Origin: an uncultured Bifidobacteriaceae bacterium | GTDB lineage: Bacteria > Bacteroidota > Bacteroidia > Chitinophagales > UBA10324 | DNA length: 64,000 nt | Direction: 5' to 3' | Assembly (NCBI GenBank): GCA_964524035.1 | Contig: CAZGBP010000006.1 | Location: 1,773-65,772 of the forward strand | Part shown: piece after piece, positions 18,996 through 28,247 of the stretch | How the letters are laid out: every line of letters starts with the position of its first letter | Numbering within the stretch: position 1 is the stretch's first letter | Made by a program: the position numbers and the translations under genes | The notes under the pieces: generated by a model | The model's database searches: none | What the model saw: the letters and a program-made list of their open reading frames with translations, nothing else | What the model was told of the DNA's origin: nothing

Positions 18996-21137
18996 ATGCG
19001 GCAGCTTAGTACCATCGCTCTTCTTATCATGTATACAGGTACCCTTTTTTCACAAACGCTACTGAGCGGAACGGTCAGCGACAAGAAAGGAGAACCGGTT
19101 ATTGGTGTCAACATCTACATTAAAGACAGTTATGATGGCACTACTACAGATGAAAACGGACAATTCAGCTTTTCCACTTTTGAAACCGATACGCAGCTAC
19201 TGGTATTCAGTTATATAGGGTTTGAAACCTTTTTCTCACCCGTTTACCTCAATGGGGTTCCGCAAAACTTAAAAGTTGTACTGACGGAGGTTGTGAATGA
19301 ATTGAACACCGTTGTGATCACCGCCGGATCTTTTGAAGCAAGTGATGAAAGACGTATGACCATTTTGCGGCCGCTGGATATTGTGACTACCGCAGGTGCA
19401 GCGGGTGATACCTATGGGGCATTACAAACATTGCCCGGCACGCAACAGATCGGCAATGAAACGGGTTTGTTTGTTCGAGGCGGAGATGCTTCTGAAACAA
19501 AAACATTTATTGATGGTGTAGCAGTGGCGGATCCTTATTTCACCGGAGTACCTGAAATTCCATCCCGTGGCCGGTTCTCTCCTTTTTTGTTTAAGGGCAC
19601 CTTTTTTAGTACTGGCGGATACTCCGCTCAATATGGAGATGCGATGTCTTCGGCATTGGTACTGGAAAGCCAGGATTTGCCAGACAGATCTGCTACCAAT
19701 ATCGGGTTGATGTCGGTAGGTGCCAGCATCGGCCATCTGCATCGGTGGAAAAATACCTCACTCGGTATTTATGGTTCATACATCAACCTTTTGCCATACA
19801 TCACGATAGTTAAGCAACGGGTTGACTGGACAAAAGCGCCGGAGTCGGCAAACGGATCACTTATTTTCCGGCAAAAAACATCTAAGACCGGTTTGCTTAA
19901 AGCATTTATCAGTTATGCACCTTCCAGCTCTATCATCAATTATCCTGATGTCAACGATACAACCGGATCACAAATACCCTACCATGTTCGGAATCATAAT
20001 CTTTTTGCGAATTCATCATATAAAGAACTCGTAGCTAAAAACTGGACTCTTTTTTCCGCATTATCATATAGCAGCGATTACAATGATATAGTGATTAAAG
20101 AAGCTGATTCCATTAAAAACGACAATACGCTTACACAAGGCAGGATCACCCTGTCTCATCCCATGGGAAATCTTTCGACCTTACGCTTTGGCGGAGAATT
20201 GCAACATGCAGGCTACGCCGATGCATTCAAAAACCAGTTTGTAAATTTTTCAGCAACCAGGAAGAATAACTATGCAGCAGCTTATGCAGAGGCGGATGTA
20301 TATATTTCGCAAAAACTGGTTGCGCGTGTCGGGGGCCGTTTTGAAAATGCATCCCTGCTTAGCGAAATAAATTTTGCACCGCGTACTTCTGTTGCCTATA
20401 AAACAGGTAAAGATAACCAGGTGAGTTTTGCATACGGTCAATTCTATCAGCAACCCGTGCATTACTACAGCTATTCTTCGCACCCGCTTACCTATTCACG
20501 GGCTGATCATTATATCCTGAACTTTCAGAACATCACAGACAAGCAGACTTTCCGTGCAGAAGCATATTACAAATCATATAACAACCTGATCAGCACCAAT
20601 CCGGATACCACCAATGATGGCCAGGGGTATGCCCGTGGACTGGACCTTTTCTGGCGTGATAAAAAATCCATTCCCTATGCTGACTACTGGATCTCCTACT
20701 CTTTTCTTGACACGAAAAGAAAGTACCTGGATTACCCGGTAGAAGCCACACCGACGTTTGCCGCGAAACATACACTGAGTCTTGTTTACAAGCAGACCAT
20801 TCCATCCATCAATGTAACCGTAGGCACCACCTATGTGTTTGCCACCGGAAGGCCATACGAAGATCCCAATGATGATCCGCAGGATTACCTGAGTCAGAGA
20901 ACACCCAACTACCACAACCTGAGCCTGAATGCAAGCTGGCTGACCGCCATTTTCCGAAACTTCACCGTAATTGCCGTATCTGTTAACAACGTACTTGGAT
21001 TCGACAATATTTACAGCTATCAATATCCTTCAGATGGCAGTGAGGAAGGACGCCTTGCCATAAAATCGCCGGCGATACGCTCATACTTTATCGGTGTTTT
21101 TATGAGCATCGGGGAAGACCGGGGCGAAGAGGACTGA
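18996..21137 (+). CDS. TonB-dependent receptor with an N-terminal carboxypeptidase-regulatory-like domain
   Basis: Signal peptide present. LSGTVSDKKGEPVIGVNIYIKDSYDGTTTDENGQFSF is the CarboxypepD_reg part. The plug is VVITAGSFEASDE...LPGTQQIGNETGLFVRGGD, followed by a long barrel. Confidence 0.85.
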   Translation: MRQLSTIALLIMYTGTLFSQTLLSGTVSDKKGEPVIGVNIYIKDSYDGTTTDENGQFSFSTFETDTQLLVFSYIGFETFFSPVYLNGVPQNLKVVLTEVVNELNTVVITAGSFEASDERRMTILRPLDIVTTAGAAGDTYGALQTLPGTQQIGNETGLFVRGGDASETKTFIDGVAVADPYFTGVPEIPSRGRFSPFLFKGTFFSTGGYSAQYGDAMSSALVLESQDLPDRSATNIGLMSVGASIGHLHRWKNTSLGIYGSYINLLPYITIVKQRVDWTKAPESANGSLIFRQKTSKTGLLKAFISYAPSSSIINYPDVNDTTGSQIPYHVRNHNLFANSSYKELVAKNWTLFSALSYSSDYNDIVIKEADSIKNDNTLTQGRITLSHPMGNLSTLRFGGELQHAGYADAFKNQFVNFSATRKNNYAAAYAEADVYISQKLVARVGGRFENASLLSEINFAPRTSVAYKTGKDNQVSFAYGQFYQQPVHYYSYSSHPLTYSRADHYILNFQNITDKQTFRAEAYYKSYNNLISTNPDTTNDGQGYARGLDLFWRDKKSIPYADYWISYSFLDTKRKYLDYPVEATPTFAAKHTLSLVYKQTIPSINVTVGTTYVFATGRPYEDPNDDPQDYLSQRTPNYHNLSLNASWLTAIFRNFTVIAVSVNNVLGFDNIYSYQYPSDGSEEGRLAIKSPAIRSYFIGVFMSIGEDRGEED

Positions 21138-21213
21138 TAAGCAATTAAACCAAACTGTGTGCTTTTTATTTAACCTTAATACAACATAACACTTAATCTA
21201 AAATTCAAAACCC

Positions 21214-21861
21214 ATGAACATGAAAACAACTTTGCTCCTTTTTTCAATGCTGTGCAGTATCAGCGCATTTAGCCAGGAAAATAAAAAGTATACTGAATCG
21301 ATGAAACGAAACATCGCTATGCTGGATACGGCTACCACCATGAATACGCTGCAACTGGCTACCAACTCTTTTGAACGCATTGCGAATGCGGAAAAAGATG
21401 AATGGCTGCCCTTTTACTATTGTGCCTATGGTATTGGCAGAATGAGTTACCTGCTGACAGACAATACCCAGGTTGATCCCATGCTCGACCGTGCTCAGGC
21501 ATTAATAGAAAAAGCCGATTCATTGCAAAAAGACAATTCAGAAATCTACACGGTGAAATCATTCATCCTTTCTGCCAGAATTATGGTTGACCCCATGTCA
21601 AGAGGTGCTCAGTTCGGGCCACAATCGGGCGTACTGCTTGATAAAGCCATTCAACTGAATCCGGAAAATCCGAGGCCGTATATGATGAAAGGCAATGCTG
21701 CCCTTTACACACCCGTTGCTTTTGGCGGCGGCAAAGATAAAGCTGCCGCATTGCTTGAAACGGCTATTGAAAAGTACAAAGCATTTAAACCATCCGGTGA
21801 ACTGATGCCGGCCTGGGGTGAACAACGCGCGGTGCAGCTGCTGGAACAATGCAAGCAGTAA
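21214..21861 (+). CDS. hypothetical secreted helical (TPR-like) protein
   Basis: Signal peptide MNMKTTLLLFSMLCSISAFSQ and a helical, repeat-like composition. It lies immediately downstream of the TonB-dependent receptor. Confidence 0.65.
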   Translation: MNMKTTLLLFSMLCSISAFSQENKKYTESMKRNIAMLDTATTMNTLQLATNSFERIANAEKDEWLPFYYCAYGIGRMSYLLTDNTQVDPMLDRAQALIEKADSLQKDNSEIYTVKSFILSARIMVDPMSRGAQFGPQSGVLLDKAIQLNPENPRPYMMKGNAALYTPVAFGGGKDKAAALLETAIEKYKAFKPSGELMPAWGEQRAVQLLEQCKQ

Positions 21862-21988
21862 TGCTTCCGGGATTCCTTTTGCCGATTCAACATCTTATTC
21901 CTGATGTGCTTTAAGGAATCCATGCTGAATGTTTCAGAAAGAACAACAGTCGATCGCATACTACTCTTCAATTCTAAAAACTCAGAAA

Positions 21989-22585
21989 ATGAACCCTGAA
22001 AAAAATTTGACCGAAAAAGAATCCTTTGAGCTGATCTCCAGGATGATTCAATCTTCGAAAGAAACACTTGGTGATGATGGCACCCACTATATGATTTGGG
22101 GATGGGGCGTACTGATTGCCGCGCTTGCGCAATTTATGATGCTGCGGGCAGATTTTGAATTTGACTGGATGGCCTGGGCAATCTTAATGCCCTTATGTGG
22201 CGTAATTGCACTCATTGCAGGCTACCGAAAAGAAAAAAAAACCAGGGTACGCACATTTGTTGAATCTTACCTGGGTTATCTGTGGCTTTCCTTTATTATA
22301 TCCATGGCCATTATTCTTACATTCCTGCCTTCGATCGGAGCGGCTGCCGTTTATCCTATCATTATCGTGTTGTATGGAATCGGCACCTTTGTTTCAGGAG
22401 GCGCATTGAAATTTATGCCACTTAAAGCCGGTGGGATTATTTGCTGGATACTGGCTTTGATTGCCATCAGAACAACCTTTGAATACCAATTGCTGCTGAT
22501 TGCAGCTTCAGTGGTAGTAGCCTACCTCATTCCGGGTTACCTGCTGAAACAGAAGTATCACAGCCAACTGAATTCAGCTTTGTAA
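21989..22585 (+). CDS. hypothetical integral membrane protein
   Basis: About 5 TM segments follow a short cytoplasmic N-terminus MNPEKNLTEKESFELISRMIQ. It is paired with the downstream winged-helix regulator. Confidence 0.65.
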   Translation: MNPEKNLTEKESFELISRMIQSSKETLGDDGTHYMIWGWGVLIAALAQFMMLRADFEFDWMAWAILMPLCGVIALIAGYRKEKKTRVRTFVESYLGYLWLSFIISMAIILTFLPSIGAAAVYPIIIVLYGIGTFVSGGALKFMPLKAGGIICWILALIAIRTTFEYQLLLIAASVVVAYLIPGYLLKQKYHSQLNSAL

Positions 22586-22656
22586 CAAGATCTCTTCATT
22601 AACGCTCATGTTCAGGCAAACTCTTTTATGATGAACCCTGAAAAAAGGACGTCGCT

Positions 22657-22953
22657 ATGACCACGTATCAAGAACTCGATCCGCTCCTGCATTCGCAGCT
22701 ACGCCTGGCAGTGATGTCATTGCTGCTCTCCGTGGTAGAGGCTGAGTTTACCTATCTGAAAGAAAAAACAGGCTCCACCTCTGGAAACCTCAGCGTGCAA
22801 ATACAGAAACTGAAAGAGGCAGGCTACATTTCGGTAGAGAAAAAATTCAAAGACAATTACCCGCTTACCATCTGCCGTATTACCAAAAAAGGCATTGCGG
22901 CATTTGAACAATATGTAGCAAGGTTGAAACAGTATATAGGAAGCACACAGTAA
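22657..22953 (+). CDS. winged-helix (MarR/ArsR-like, HTH_34-type) transcriptional regulator
   Basis: 98 aa. LRLAVMSLLLSVVEAEFTYLKEKTGSTSGNLSVQIQKLKEAGYISVEKKF is a typical wHTH recognition unit. Confidence 0.8.
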   Translation: MTTYQELDPLLHSQLRLAVMSLLLSVVEAEFTYLKEKTGSTSGNLSVQIQKLKEAGYISVEKKFKDNYPLTICRITKKGIAAFEQYVARLKQYIGSTQ

Positions 22954-23325
22954 TGAATTGCCCCTATTGCCATAACATTTGCTGTTCTGCATACATTAAA
23001 TTGTTGACATCAACATTTCACCATATTCATTTTTCAGCATAAATCGAATGTGCCAGACCGGATGTTTCAACAAAGCCGGTGCTCCTGGTTTGTATGGGTT
23101 GCCAATCAGGTTCTGAAACTGTTCAAAATCATTTTGGCTGAATTAGCCCAAGGCTGATTGTATTCCCATGCTTTTTGACACGGGTACCGGGTTTTCTGTA
23201 TTATGTAAAAAGTAGTCTTTCATTAACAAGATTATCCGTTTCATAAATTGCATTAATAAACATATGAATATATTTCCACGGTAACCCCGTAAAAACCGCC
23301 ATGCAGCAAATTGCCGGTCACTTGC

Positions 23326-23333
23326 TACATTTG
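23326..23333 (+). promoter_or_regulatory. Bacteroidetes -7 promoter box TACATTTG
   Basis: Exact TAnnTTTG 16 nt upstream of the ATG at 23349. It lies inside the track's longer ORF (23301), which argues for the 23349 start. Confidence 0.45.
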
Positions 23334-23348
23334 CAACAAATCCCGTTT

Positions 23349-25541
23349 ATGCATCGTCATCATTTTTTTCTGTTGCTACTGTATTGTGCGCTCAGGATGC
23401 ATCCATTAATGGCTCAAAACTGTAACCTGATTCCACCATCTGATCTGTCAGTTACCGGTACCACTGCCTGCAGTGCCGTTCTTCACTGGACCTCAGCAAC
23501 CACAGTTTCAAAATATTCTGTTTTCTACAGGATTTCCGGAACCGGGCAATGGACATCCGGAATAAATGCGGGAACTGCAACCACTTATGAATTTACCGGG
23601 TTGCTGCCCAATACAAAATATGAATTTGCAGTCACTTCAAAATGCAGCGATGGTACGAAAAGCAAAAAAGTGAAAATTTCTGCAACAACCCTTAAATGTA
23701 CTTTGCCTGAAAGCGTAACCCTTACCGCCATCAACAGCAGCACAGCAAAAATTACGGTAAATACGCTTTGCGCGTTCGATTCACTCACGGTCAAGTATTT
23801 GCCAGTTGGCGGCACACCAAAAACAAAAACATTTGCCGCGTCAGCTTCCTATACGCTGGATGAACTGGTACCCGGTGCGGCTTATCTTATACGCGTTTCA
23901 ACTTGCCCGAAGCCCATCAGCAACTGGTTAATTGCCGACACGCTATTCCTTCCGGGTAAACCGAATATCATCCTGATACTTTTAGACGACAGCCGTTATG
24001 ATTATTTCAGTTGTAACGGAGCACCTTCCTTTGTTCAAACCCCCAACATCGACCGCATAGCGAATGAAGGAGTTAATTTTCAAAGAGCATATGTTGCCAC
24101 CTCCCTCTGCGCACCTAGCAGGGCTACCATCGCCACCGGCCTTTTTACACTTAAAACCGGTGTGAAGGATAACAAAGGAGGTCTCGATCCTTCATTTGTA
24201 ACCATTCCAGAAGTGCTGGGTGCAAACGGATATTATACCGCACTGGTCGGAAAAGACCACCGCACATTTTTTCTGGATGATATTCCTGAATTTGAATACT
24301 TCCTTGAATCGGTAGGATTTGAAGAATCTGATGGCACCATGTATAATTATAATGGCGTGCAGACTTTTATTAATAAAAAAGCGGAACTTACTTTCACCGA
24401 TACAGCACTTGCGCTTATTCAGCGGGTGGAGGATCCCCTTTTTCTCTGGCTGTCTTACAGAATTTCACATATTCCGATAGAACCGCTTCCCGGTTTCGAT
24501 GGTTACTACGATGGCTACCAGATTCCGTGGAAGCCTGATACCGCCAAGTATACCGTCAATTATCCGTCCTATTTGTATGGCGGGCTGTCGCAGGAAGTTG
24601 GAGTATTGCATGGGTATACACTGGACACAACCTATAGAAGCGCATTGGAATCGATAGCCGGTTTGGATAGCCTGATTGGCGAAATTTTTGAATTGCTGGA
24701 GAGCACAGACAAACTGGAAAACACGCTCATCATCTTTATGTCAGATAATGGTTATATGATGGGCAGCCATTGGCTGGAAGGTAAAACGCATGCTTATGAG
24801 CCTTCCATTCGCACGCCGCTGTTTTTACGGTACCCGCAATGGTTTGCACCCGGCAGCACGATCAAAGATCAGTTTGCCACTAATATGGACATTGCGCCTA
24901 CTGTGTATGAAGCAGCCGGAATAAATTATGAAGGTTCCATGGATGGCAAGTCATTGCGTACCTTATATGAAGGAACTTTTTCCAGGCAGGAATTTTATTA
25001 CCTGATGTATCATACCGACCAGGCCGGCGCTCCCATTAAAAGATCTTTTCGTGATCAGTATTATAAATACATTCACTACACCTGTAATGCTGATACGGTT
25101 GAAGAATTCTTTGATATGATCAATGATTCACTGGAAATTAACAACCTGGTAAACAACAGTGCTTACCAGTCCATCCTTTCGCAATACCATATTAAATATG
25201 ATTCTATGCGGATTGCCTGGCAGGATACCATTCCCGGAAATGAGAAAGACTGTTACATCGAAAATCCATTTGTGCTTAAGCAACTTTTTGATGAAGCGGA
25301 AAGCGAGCCCTTGAAGCCTGTTGTTTACCCTACCATTACAAATGCTGAAGTAGAACTATACATTCCATGGAAAAGTGCCGCAATCAGCCTGTATAATAGC
25401 AAAGGAATGTTGCTCAGTTCATGGGTCACTGACGAATCCTACTCCATGTTATCGCTTGGCGACCTGCCTGATGATATTTATATGATCAGTTTCCGTCATG
25501 GCAATCAACAACAAACAGAAAAGGTAGTGGTGGTGCATTAA
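23349..25541 (+). CDS. formylglycine-type sulfatase with two N-terminal FN3-like modules and a T9SS C-terminal sorting domain
   Basis: Signal peptide MHRHHFFLLLLYCALRMHPLMAQ. FN3-like segments are PSDLSVTGTTACSAVLHWTS...YEFAVTS and a second module. Sulfatase core is ILILLDDSRYD...SLCAPSRATIATG (CxPxR). The C-terminus VVYPTITNAEVELYI...IYMISFRHGNQQ is a T9SS-like tail. Confidence 0.8.
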   Translation: MHRHHFFLLLLYCALRMHPLMAQNCNLIPPSDLSVTGTTACSAVLHWTSATTVSKYSVFYRISGTGQWTSGINAGTATTYEFTGLLPNTKYEFAVTSKCSDGTKSKKVKISATTLKCTLPESVTLTAINSSTAKITVNTLCAFDSLTVKYLPVGGTPKTKTFAASASYTLDELVPGAAYLIRVSTCPKPISNWLIADTLFLPGKPNIILILLDDSRYDYFSCNGAPSFVQTPNIDRIANEGVNFQRAYVATSLCAPSRATIATGLFTLKTGVKDNKGGLDPSFVTIPEVLGANGYYTALVGKDHRTFFLDDIPEFEYFLESVGFEESDGTMYNYNGVQTFINKKAELTFTDTALALIQRVEDPLFLWLSYRISHIPIEPLPGFDGYYDGYQIPWKPDTAKYTVNYPSYLYGGLSQEVGVLHGYTLDTTYRSALESIAGLDSLIGEIFELLESTDKLENTLIIFMSDNGYMMGSHWLEGKTHAYEPSIRTPLFLRYPQWFAPGSTIKDQFATNMDIAPTVYEAAGINYEGSMDGKSLRTLYEGTFSRQEFYYLMYHTDQAGAPIKRSFRDQYYKYIHYTCNADTVEEFFDMINDSLEINNLVNNSAYQSILSQYHIKYDSMRIAWQDTIPGNEKDCYIENPFVLKQLFDEAESEPLKPVVYPTITNAEVELYIPWKSAAISLYNSKGMLLSSWVTDESYSMLSLGDLPDDIYMISFRHGNQQQTEKVVVVH

Positions 25542-25670
25542 TAACTGTGCGACAACTACGTAAACGCCTTCATTGTATCTGAGTACCTTGCTGGAACCTG
25601 CCCTGTTGATCACTGTAAAGGTTCCTTTACGCGATGAAATTGATTTGAGTTGTACTCCCGATCATTTAGC

Positions 25671-25678
25671 TATTTTTG
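25671..25678 (+). promoter_or_regulatory. Bacteroidetes -7 promoter box TATTTTTG
   Basis: Exact TAnnTTTG that overlaps the track's TTG start at 25676, so the true helicase start must lie downstream. Confidence 0.45.
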
Positions 25679-25705
25679 CCGAACAACCAATTATCTGCCA
25701 GCATT

Positions 25706-26953
25706 TTGACATTCTCAGATTTTAATCTTTGCGCGCCTCTGTTAGAAGGCCTCGATGCCATGGGTTTCAAAAAGCCCACCCCTATTCAGGAAAAAGTAAT
25801 TCCACTGATACTAAGTGGTAAGGACGTAATTGCAACAGCTCAAACCGGTACCGGAAAAACAGCAGCCTACCTATTGCCGGTATTGCATAATATTTCGCAC
25901 AATGCCATTCCTCATACTTCCGTATTAATTGTCTCCCCTACCCGCGAACTCGCCCTTCAGATTGATCAGGCCTTCCAGGGTCTTGCCTACTTCACACATG
26001 CCAGTTCCATTGCTGTTTATGGTGGAAGTGATGGAGACGTATTTGAAAGGGAAAAGAAGGCCATGAAACATGGGGCTTCCGCAATTATTGCTACACCGGG
26101 CCGGCTACTGAGTCACCTGAATATGGGGAATTCAAAATTTGACCAGCTCGATTGCCTTATCCTCGATGAAGCGGATAAGATGCTGGATATGGGTTTCTAC
26201 GACGACATTATTCGAATCATAAAGTATGTGCCTGCCAAAAGGCAAAACCTGCTCTTCAGTGCCACTATGCCTCCGCGGATGCGTGAACTGGCAAGGCGTA
26301 TCATGAACAACCCGGTTGAAATAAATATTGCCATGAGCAAACCTGCGGAAGGTATTCTGCAGGGGGCGTACCTGGTTAGCGATGCGCAGAAGACCCCGTT
26401 GCTGAAAAAATTGCTTGACCCTGAAAAAGACAATGGCGTCACTAAAAAACCGGCAAGTGTCCTTATTTTTTCCTCCACCAAATCCGGCGTTAAATCGCTC
26501 GAGAAGGAATTACGGGCGATGAAATTACCGGCCAGGGCTATTCACAGCGACCTTACCCAGGAAGAACGTGAAGAAGTTTTACTCAACTTCAGGACCAGGG
26601 CTACACAAATATTGGTTGCTACAGATATTCTGTCACGCGGTATTGATATTGACAGCATTGGGCTGGTTGTCAATTATGACGTACCGGGCGATGCCGAGGA
26701 TTATGTTCACAGGGTTGGCAGAACGGCCCGCGCGGAAACTACAGGTGTAGCACTCACCTTTGTGAATGAACGGGATCAACGGAAATTTGCGCTCATCGAA
26801 ACGCTGATCGAAAAAACTATTCCCAAAATACCATTACCTCCTGAAATAGGTACAAGTCCTGAATGGAATCCCTCGAAACATCATCCAAAGATCTTTCACG
26901 GTAGACCGGGAAAAAGAAGTTCCGGTAAACCACACCGCAGCCACAAGCGATAA
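25706..26953 (+). CDS. DEAD-box ATP-dependent RNA helicase
   Basis: Q-motif FSDFNL...GFKKPTPIQ, AQTGTGKT, PTRELA, DEAD (LILDEADKM), SAT and HRVGRTAR, plus a basic C-terminal tail. The start is uncertain: TTG at 25706 is proposed, and the track gives 25676. Confidence 0.85.
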   Translation: MTFSDFNLCAPLLEGLDAMGFKKPTPIQEKVIPLILSGKDVIATAQTGTGKTAAYLLPVLHNISHNAIPHTSVLIVSPTRELALQIDQAFQGLAYFTHASSIAVYGGSDGDVFEREKKAMKHGASAIIATPGRLLSHLNMGNSKFDQLDCLILDEADKMLDMGFYDDIIRIIKYVPAKRQNLLFSATMPPRMRELARRIMNNPVEINIAMSKPAEGILQGAYLVSDAQKTPLLKKLLDPEKDNGVTKKPASVLIFSSTKSGVKSLEKELRAMKLPARAIHSDLTQEEREEVLLNFRTRATQILVATDILSRGIDIDSIGLVVNYDVPGDAEDYVHRVGRTARAETTGVALTFVNERDQRKFALIETLIEKTIPKIPLPPEIGTSPEWNPSKHHPKIFHGRPGKRSSGKPHRSHKR

Positions 26954-27344
26954 GTTGTCGTACACTGCTGAATCAACCGGGTAGCCATGTCGTGAAATCA
27001 TCCACCTGTTTACACAACAACAGTGCACTAAAAAAGAATGCTGCTTCTGTCTATGCAATGGCAGCTCTTATCAACCTGGCCGTTATTCTGAGTTCATAGA
27101 GAAATTATCCGCCTGACAGCCAGCGAAAATCAGCATTACGATCGGCTCTTGCTTATCCCACTCTCTGCGTTTCAAAAAAGACAAATTTCTGCAGCAGCTT
27201 AAGTTCCGTTTCCTCATGGGTTTGCACCCGATTATTCTATAGCAAAAGTTGCGGTGTATAAGCGAGTTGCTTAAACGTATCATTCATTTTTAAAAAAATA
27301 TTCCTACATTGATTCTTCATTAGCACCAATAAAATTTAAACGTA

Positions 27345-28052
27345 ATGGCATTACAAATTGTCGACAAGATCTTAGAGAAAGGCGAATATGCAGAAGAAAA
27401 AACTGCCAAGAACACCATCTACCTGCACCATACCGCCGGATCGCACCGGGCAGACTGGACCATCGAAGCCTGGAACAAAGACCGCAACACGACTACTAAA
27501 GCCAGGGTGCGGGTTGCAACGGCATTTGTGATAGGCGGATTGGATAAGCAGGGTTCAGACAAGGATGGTATGGATGGAAAAGTGTACCGGGCATTCGATG
27601 AAAGTTACTGGGCTTCACACCTCGGATTAAAGACGCAGAATAGTACATTACTGAACAAACAGTCAGTCGGTATCGAAATTTGTAACTATGGCCCATTGAC
27701 AAAATCAGCTTCCGGGAAGTTTTTCACTTATGTGAATTCAGAAGTGCATCCATCGCAAGCCTGTAACCTGGGTTATACCTTCAGAGGTTATCAGTACCAT
27801 CAGAAATACAGTGACAAGCAAATTGCGTCACTGAAAGAACTGTTGCTTTACCTGAGTGATAAGTTCAAAATCGACCTGAAGAAAGGTTTGTTTGAACTCC
27901 TGGACCTGCCAAAAGGCGGTGGATTTGAAATAAAGGCAGAGGCGCTCAGTGGAAAGCCCGGCATCTGGTCGCATACCAATGTCAGGAAGGATAAATTTGA
28001 TGTACACCCGCAACCTGAATTGACTGCCATGTTAAAATCACTTGGAGCATAA
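27345..28052 (+). CDS. N-acetylmuramoyl-L-alanine amidase (amidase_2 / PGRP, T7-lysozyme-like fold), no signal peptide
   Basis: IYLHHTAGSHRADWTIEAW, then VGIEICNYG, then IWSHTNVRKDKFDVHP. These match the zinc-amidase pattern of phage-type amidases. The N-terminus is hydrophilic. Confidence 0.75.
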   Translation: MALQIVDKILEKGEYAEEKTAKNTIYLHHTAGSHRADWTIEAWNKDRNTTTKARVRVATAFVIGGLDKQGSDKDGMDGKVYRAFDESYWASHLGLKTQNSTLLNKQSVGIEICNYGPLTKSASGKFFTYVNSEVHPSQACNLGYTFRGYQYHQKYSDKQIASLKELLLYLSDKFKIDLKKGLFELLDLPKGGGFEIKAEALSGKPGIWSHTNVRKDKFDVHPQPELTAMLKSLGA

Positions 28053-28247
28053 TGTCAATACCCTTTACCACTATCCGCGCTGATTACTTATATGCAAAGC
28101 TCTTCCGAATCACATTATGTTTCAAGACCCGGTTGGGCATTTTATAGTTAAACTAACCGGAAAGAATATTTATGAATAGTTGGCAATGCATGACCGGTAC
28201 TTGATTGAACTGATGATACGATGAACCAAATAAACTTTTAAAAAGAT

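Noticed and set aside
22996-23142. Minus-strand open frame of 48 codons (FSQNDFEQFQNLIGNPYKPGAPALLKHPVWHIRFMLKNEYGEMLMSTI) that reads like a protein C-terminus; a possible gene remnant upstream of the sulfatase
   Set aside because: It has no start codon, a stop lies immediately upstream, and no motif is identifiable. It cannot be supported without a BLASTX search.
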